DNA of 64,000 nt. Origin: the human T2T-CHM13v2.0 reference genome, Homo sapiens. Below are positions 56,846 through 64,000 of this stretch, one piece after another. Both the position numbers and the translations under genes were made by a program. The notes under the pieces were generated by a model. It worked only from the letters and a program-made list of their open reading frames with translations, had not been told where the DNA came from and did no database searches. Numbering within the stretch: the first letter of the stretch is position 1; each line of letters begins with the position of its first letter. The stretch is from NCBI RefSeq assembly GCF_009914755.1, contig NC_060926.1; one strand, 5' to 3'.

Positions 56846-57265
56846 CCCAAACAATTTTAAGTCAACAGTTCATGAAGCGTAGGTATTTTATGAAAGATTC
56901 AGTTATACGATGGGGAAAAGGCTTCATATCATATCCTACCTCATAAAATTGCTTGTTCCCATCAAAGTTCCTCTTCCCAGCCTATTTCATTCCTTCCTAG
57001 GGGCTCAAGGAAATTATCTTTATTGTGTCAATAAATTCAGCTGCCACTCTCAGCTTGCTTATGTATCACTCAGCAAAAACAAAAACTAGGTAGTTAGCGG
57101 AGCCATCTCTATCAATGACTCCTCAAGAATGGCCTCTTGCCAGAAGGTGGGCATATAATGGAATGAGCTTTCTTTTTAACTTGCACCATAAGTGGCTTTT
57201 CAAAGTATTCACCAACAAAAGAGTATATTCTTACAGTAAAATTCTATCTTAAGAAAATACATTTT

Positions 57266-58491
57266 GCATTAGGGAAATGCTTCAGGATATTGGTCTTGGC
57301 AAAGATATTTTGGGTAAAACCTCAAAAGCACAGGCAACAAACACAAAAATAGACAAGTGGGATTACATCAAGATGAAAAGCTTCTGCACAGCAAAGGAAA
57401 CAGCAGAGTAAAGAGATAACCTACAGAGTGAGAGAAACTATTTGCAAACTATCCCTGTGAAAAAGAATTAATAATCAGAGTATAAAGGAACTCAAAGAAC
57501 CCAATAGCAAAATAAAAAGATGATAAAAAATGGGCAAAAGATCTGAATAGACATTTCTCAAAAGAAGATACAAAATTGATCAATGGTATATGAAAAAATT
57601 CTCAATATTACTAATCACCAGGAAAATGCAAAACAAACATAATGAGATAGCATTTCATCCCAGTTAAAATGGTTTTTATCAAAAAAATTAAAAAATTACA
57701 AATGCTGTCCAGGATGCAGAGAAGGGGAACCCTTGTATGATGTTGGCAGGAATGTAAATTAGTACAGCCATTATGGAAAACAGGATAGAGGTTTTTCAAA
57801 AAACTGAAAATGGAAATAGCATATGATTTAGCAATCCCACTGCTGGGTATATATCCCTAAAAAAGTAAATCCATTATTATGGAGATATCCACACTCCCAT
57901 GTTTATTATAGCACTATTCACAATAGCCGAAATACAGAATCAACCTAAGTGCCCATTAGTGGATGAATGCATAAAGAAAATGTGGTATACATACACAAGA
58001 AAATAGTATTCAGCCATAAAAAATAATGAAACCCTGTCATTTACAACCACATGGGTGGAACTGGAGGTCATTATGTTATGTTAAATAAACCAGGCATAAA
58101 AAACCAAATATTGCATGTTCTCACTCACAAATAGGGGCTAAAAACGTGGATCTCATGGAGATAGAGAGTAGATTGCTGGTTACTAGAGGCTAGGAAAAGT
58201 GGGAAGGTGGGTGGGGTGAAGAGAGGTTGAATATGGGGTACAAACATACAGTTAAAAGGAATAAAATCTGGTCTTTGATAGTATAGTAGACTGACTATAG
58301 TTAGCAATAATTTATGGTGTATTTCAAAATAGCTAGAAGAAAAGAATGAGAATGTTCCCAACATAAAGAGAAGATAAATATTTGAGGTGATGGATATTCC
58401 AATTACCCTGATTAGATCATTATACATTGTATGCATGTATACATATCACATGTACCCCCAAAATATGTACAAATATTATGTATCAGTAAAA
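57266..58491 (+). mobile_element. L1MA (ORF2 3' part + 3'UTR), non-coding
   Basis: 'aaagcttctgcacagcaaaggaaac' and 'tcacatgtacccccaaaatatgtacaa'. The frame is disrupted. Confidence 0.92.
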
Positions 58492-59133
58492 AGCTGTATG
58501 AATATCCATGCACCTACTGTTTGTTCAGCAATTAATAAATGTCTGTTAACATAACAAAAGTTTTCTTTTAAAAAATGCAGTTATTATAAGGATTTATTTT
58601 GTAGAACAAGAGCCCAACAGTCAACATTTTAGAGAACTCTTACAAATTATAATTAATATTATGCAAGAAACAGAAATGGGATAGGATAAAGCTTTATAAA
58701 GTACACATTAACTAAACAGGAAAATATAAAAGTAATTAAAATATGATTTAACTTAGATACTATGACATGTTTATATTTGATGCTTTTCAGGTTTAAAGCA
58801 CCTCCTGTCCCTAATTTTATCTGAACTCTACAATGATGTCACAAATACACAGGTCCAATATTTTTCTAAAGCTCTGTGCTTTGAAGTGGTGACTTCTAGG
58901 CTATAAAAATTGTGGCCAACTTATTTCCCTTGTTGTTACTACGGAGTATTACTAGGCACCTCCTCTATATATTTCTTCTTTATATATCATAGCTGATAGT
59001 TTCAACCCCATCCAATTCCATTAAAATAATAAAAACATACAACTTTGAGTGCTGGGTTTGTGCTATTTGCTTTATAGACATTACTTCAAATTCTCATACT
59101 GTTCCAAGATAGTATATGTACAGTTGTATAGAA

Positions 59134-59489
59134 CATTGGTCCCCAACATTTTGGGCACTAGGAACCAGTTTCATGGAAGACAATTTTTCCACGGACGGGG
59201 GGCAGGGGGAGATGGTTTCAGGATGAAACTGTTTCACCTCAGATCTTCAGGCATTAGATTATCATAAGGAGCACGCAACCTAGATCCCTTGCATGCACAG
59301 TTCACAATAGGATTCATGCTCCTATGAGAATCTAATGCTGCTGCTGATCTGACAGGAGGTGGAGCTCAATGGTAATGTGAGTGATGGTGAGTCGCTCTCT
59401 TGCTAGCTGCTCACATCCTGCTATGCAGCCAGGTTCCTAACAGGCCACAGACTTGGACCAGTCTGCAGCCTAGGGGTTGGGGACTCCTA
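59134..59489. mobile_element. MER1B (hAT-Charlie) inserted in a MIR
   Basis: TIRs 'cattggtccccaac' / 'ggttggggactccta'. 8-bp TSD gtatagaa/gtgtagaa. Confidence 0.9.
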
Positions 59490-59674
59490 GTGTAGAAGAT
59501 TATTTAACTTTAATATTAAAGATTATTAACCCAAACTAGAACATTGGTAAATGCTGGGAATACCATTCAAACTTAGGGTTTGGGCTCCTTGCTTTCTCTA
59601 TCTTGTTTCCTATGAGTAGAATCCAGAACCGGAATGGTTTACTTCAGTTTTAAAAATATTAATAGTTATTGAAT

Positions 59675-59840
59675 GATAATGGCTACTTAATTTGTGAGTC
59701 CCAGGTCAAAATGAAAATGCAAGGCTCTTTGTTAAATTATGAAGAATTCCAAGATAATGACAGCAGAGCAAAACACCAAGTGCAGGGTCCTTCCAGTCCC
59801 TGAGTGGCTGCACAGCTCACTGCCCAAGAAGCTCGCCCTG
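59675..59840. mobile_element. MER45A-like hAT-Tip100 MITE
   Basis: 'aaaatgaaaatgcaagg...gacagcagagca...ccaagaagctcgccctg'. Confidence 0.7.
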
Positions 59841-62303
59841 GGATTTGGCTTATGCGACAGCTGCTGTACCAGGCACTGTGGATACACATCAAAATAAGGT
59901 ATCTTCCTCCTGCTTGGGGAGCTTCCAGTGGTGGAGGCTGTGGAGAAATCTCTCTTTTGGAATTGTCTGTAGAGTCAGCATCAACTTCTTTTGAATATCT
60001 TCAGAGTGGCAAATCTTTTCTCTCTGAAGGATAGGATTTCTTGAAATAGCCAAACTCACTCTGTTACAAGCCTTGTCAATAACCTGAGAGGACAGCCTGG
60101 GTAATTAGTAATGGAGCCTTTGGTTCAAACCAAAGTGTGACCATGAAGAAGGAAACTTGATTATCTTGTGAGGCTTTTGACCTAATGCTGGATATAGGTA
60201 CAATAAAAAGGCTCCAAAAATATTGGCGACCATGAAGCATTCTCAGATGGGCTGACTACATTGAAAGCAGTGCTGATTTGGTCTCTGCTAGTCAGCAATA
60301 GAAATTAAAGAGTATAGTCAGCTTCAATACCTTAAAGTCATGCTTTCTATGCTTGGTAGATTGCTACTTTGGTATTTTCCTCAAAAATAAAAAATTATCC
60401 TTAGCACTACAAACTTTGATAACCAAGCTGCACTAGAGATTTGTAATAGTAGAAATAAACTTGAATTCAGGAAAAAAGGTGAATGCATGAATCTTGTGAT
60501 ATGATGAAATGATAGAGTCGGATAGCATCCTTCCAAGTCATCTGGGCAAGGCTTTCAAGACCATCTCTCCCTATCAAGGTCATGAGGATCAAATGAGAAC
60601 GTGTGTTTTAATGTACCTTGTAAAGTGGAGAATGAGAGAAATATAAGAAATTACATAGCCTCTTCATTTTACAGAGAACGAAACTCATCTCTCTGGGCTT
60701 GGTCATCTGTCTTCTGACTCTCTTTGTTTCTCAAGGTCAAGCTTTTATTGGTTGGGTCTCGTTCAACAACCGTGGCTGGGACTCTTAGTTATAATGCAGC
60801 TGCTATCTTCTCACCACTACAGTAGCAGGGCCCTGTGTAATTTCTGGGTGATGAATTAGACCTGCCTAGTCCCTTGGCTTCCCCACTTTCTTCCCTTGAG
60901 TTAGAGGCTAGATGACTTACATGTATAGATTGGGTCTGCTATGAACAAGGTATGTGCTGGGAAAATGAAATTAAGAATGGACTCAGTTATTCGAAGGTTT
61001 ATTTTCCCAACCAGGCAAGGGAGAACAGTTTCTCTAAATAGGTAGGCTTGGGTAGCTGTCAACTCTAATCACTCTGTAACACAGGGTCTATCTATAAATG
61101 ACTAGAACCTGGAATCTCATGTCATCCAGGGAATCCCAAAACAGAAACCATCACTCCAATTACGAGGCGTTTTCTCTCTCTCTCTCTCTCAACACTTTGG
61201 CTAAATTAGGCTGTGGACTGAATGATCAAGACTGTTCCTTTGTTCCTTTGTTTACTTCCTGTATGTTCAATGGTGTGTGTGCACCTGTTTGCATGTGCAT
61301 GAGTGTGTGTGGGTTTGATTTTCATAGTCTAGGGGAATGTACAATTGCTTAATCAATTGAAATAAAACTACCTCTTCAACATCTTGTTATTTATTTCATT
61401 ATTAACTTTGGGTTTATTTATTATTATTAAGTGTTCAGAATTGGAATTTCTGAGGTGAAAATGCAATGTCCATGGACTCAACCTTAAAAGTACCACATGT
61501 GCTAGAATGCACATATATATGGTTAAAAATCTGGTCTGCAACAAGTCTTATCATCAGTTTACAAGCTTCTCCCCAAAAACGCTTCTATTTGTAAAATTTC
61601 TCTTCTATAGCTTGAACCAATGCTTTAGATATATATTTTAAAAACAGGATTTAGCTCAGTACCCTTCCTTTTAAAATTTCTCATCTTTGTTATGAAGGAT
61701 TCAAATAACACCAACTTGGAAATGTTAGCTTTGAGGATTTTATTTTTAATAGAAAACAGCTAGCTGAATGATGTCCTCTTTTTTCTAAATAACCTGATTT
61801 CTCAGGCTATCTTGAGAGTTTTATTTCTCTTTGATTTCCCTTACCACTTCCTATCTTATCTCTCCGGATAATCAAATCCCCGTAAATGTAAAACCCTTCT
61901 CCTTTGAAGCTGCTGCCATTTAGAACATGACAGCCTTCTTATCTCTCTTCCCTGAGCTGCTTCTTCAGCTCATGCCAAGTCTCAATTGAAATGTATCTTT
62001 TCTTCTTCTCTGTTATGATCCAACATTCAAGTTACATTGTATAATATTTAGGGATATGAAATGTGTGTATATTTCATTTGAACTTGCACATTTTGCTACA
62101 CTGAGTTAATAGCATCACTGATAAGGATTTTACATCAATCATTCAGAAATATTTACTTAGTTGCTGATACGTATAAGGCTGGGAGCTAGGTCACATGCAA
62201 GGATACATGTAATGCATGGTCTTCGGCTGCTTTCAGGAAACGTCTGCATTCTAGCACAAGTAAACTTATGGCTTTGAGATGCTGCCCCACAGAAAGGAGA
62301 CTA

Positions 62304-62731
62304 CAGTGGATCCTTGAACAATATGGAGATTAGAGGTGTCAATCCCTACACCGTCAAAAATTTGTATAGAACTTTGACTCCCCCAAAACTTATCTATTAA
62401 TAGCCTACTCTTAACTTGAAGCCGATTGGTAACATAAATAGTTGATTAATGTATTTCATGTTACATGACTTATTCTGTTTTCTTATAATAAAGTAAGCTA
62501 GAGAAAAGAAAATGTTATTAAAATCACAAAGAAGAGAAAACATATTTACTATTTAGTAAGTGGAAATGGATCTTATAAAAGTCTTTATCCTTGTTGTCTT
62601 CACATTGAGTAGGCTGAGGAGGAGGAAGAGAAGGGGTTGGTGTTGCTGTCTCAGGGGTGGCAAATGAGGGAGAGAATTCACATGCAAGTGGATCTGCCTA
62701 TTTAAAACCAGTGTTGTTCAAAGGTCAACTG
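62304..62731. mobile_element. Tigger2a-like TcMar element
   Basis: TIRs cagtggatccttgaacaa / ttgttcaaaggtcaactg flanked by TA on both sides. Confidence 0.9.
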
Positions 62732-64000
62732 TATTTGCTACGTTGCATGACTTGTTGTGCAGACATTGACCTGAACTTTGCTTCTGTTATAGCATCTTCA
62801 CCCACTGTGACATTTGCTGGTAGTTGGTTCCTCTCCGTGTACTGCCCACTTCCATTTATCTTTGGATGTTCAGCAGAGTGCATTGCACATGCAATAACTT
62901 TGTGAATGACTGATGGAGGAAATGCATGTCTAAGTATTCTTCAAGGGCCGCTTTCCCCTAGTTCTGATCTAATACTGTTTGTGTAGAGTCCTGTTAAATT
63001 CTAGTGCAGCATGATCTCTGTCAGATATTAAATTCATGGTTTTGTCTCCATTCCAGAAAGAGGTGTCAAGGGTTTTTCTGGTCTGCCTTTACGTAGAATT
63101 ACTTTATCTCACCTATCCTTCCTTCTTCCCCACCCCAAGGTAAACAAGCTTATGTTTCACAGTTTATTCTCCCTTGGAGAAATCAAGCTCTACTGTTCAT
63201 AGACCACGATGACCTGAACTGTTTTGGATGTCATGACCCACGGGGAGCAGTGTGTGGATCTTGAGAAGGATGGAGGAAAGAAAGGTGATTGGAGCTGCAC
63301 TCCTCACTGGGGCAAGACTGCTGAGGCCATCTGGTTTTGAACCTGGTTTGTAACCTAGGGCGTCTGGAGGGGGACAGTGCTGCGGTAGCAGCACAGCCCA
63401 ATGCCCACCCTCCAGGTGATATGGGGCCTCATCCCATACTGTCTTCTAGGAACGGCTCCCTTGGCCTGTAGTTTGAGCCTCAGTTGTGTCTGTGTTTTGA
63501 AGAAGGTGACTGCTGATCTGGCCACTTCCTCCATGCTGAGCTGTGGTGCTGACCCCTGTGAATTGCTTCTGTTTACTAAGTTATAGCGTCTGCTTTATCA
63601 GTATGCTTTTCATTTATTTGAAGCTACTTCTCACCAATTTCATGTTCCATATGAGACCTTGGGGCAGGGATTTAAACCTCCTATTCTATGGGGTGAGTGA
63701 GACATAAAGGTAAATTTTGAGTTGGAGAAACATGTGGTAGATAGTAATTCCTATTAAAATAGGACCATCTCAACTCAACAGAACAAAAATACAGACTTAT
63801 TTCCTGCAGCAAAATAAACCCACATGTGAAGATGTAATCTGCTCAGGCCCCCAGATGCTCCTAACAAAGGGAGCATTAGCCTTTAGTGTCCAGATTGCCA
63901 GTGTCCATTCTGTAAATCTTTTCTCCTCTATATTTACTCTTCAGCACCTCCATATTTTCCTTATTTCTTATTCCTTTTATTGTCACATTTGCTCACAAGA

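Noticed and set aside
60118-60135. Inverted repeat ctttggtt-ca-aaccaaag
   Set aside because: An 8-bp stem is expected by chance in 64 kb.
63197-63586. GC-richer stretch with ORFs, a possible pseudogene
   Set aside because: No recognisable protein, poly-A tail or TSD.

Overview
This is primate (human-like) nuclear DNA, about 40% GC and CpG-depleted, and it looks intronic or intergenic. It carries 10 Alus, L1 fragments of several ages, L2/MIR relics, solo LTRs (MER4-like, LTR8, LTR9, LTR12, MER21 with a nested ERV1 LTR, MST, MLT1, MLT2), DNA-transposon MITEs and microsatellites. I find no supportable protein-coding gene, RNA gene, CpG island or CRISPR array. The supplied ORFs are short, often start at GTG/TTG, and are mostly translated repeats. 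I did not find a new gene system. The least expected signal is a set of locally templated duplications. The best is a ~200-bp inverted copy of nearby unique DNA sitting inside an otherwise contiguous L1. The others are a ~165-bp copy inserted into a MIR 2 kb from its donor, an older ~250-bp duplication that predates an MLT2 insertion, and a 26-bp perfect palindrome. Repeat subfamily names come from recalled consensus ends, identities are hand counts, and all need RepeatMasker/Dfam confirmation.
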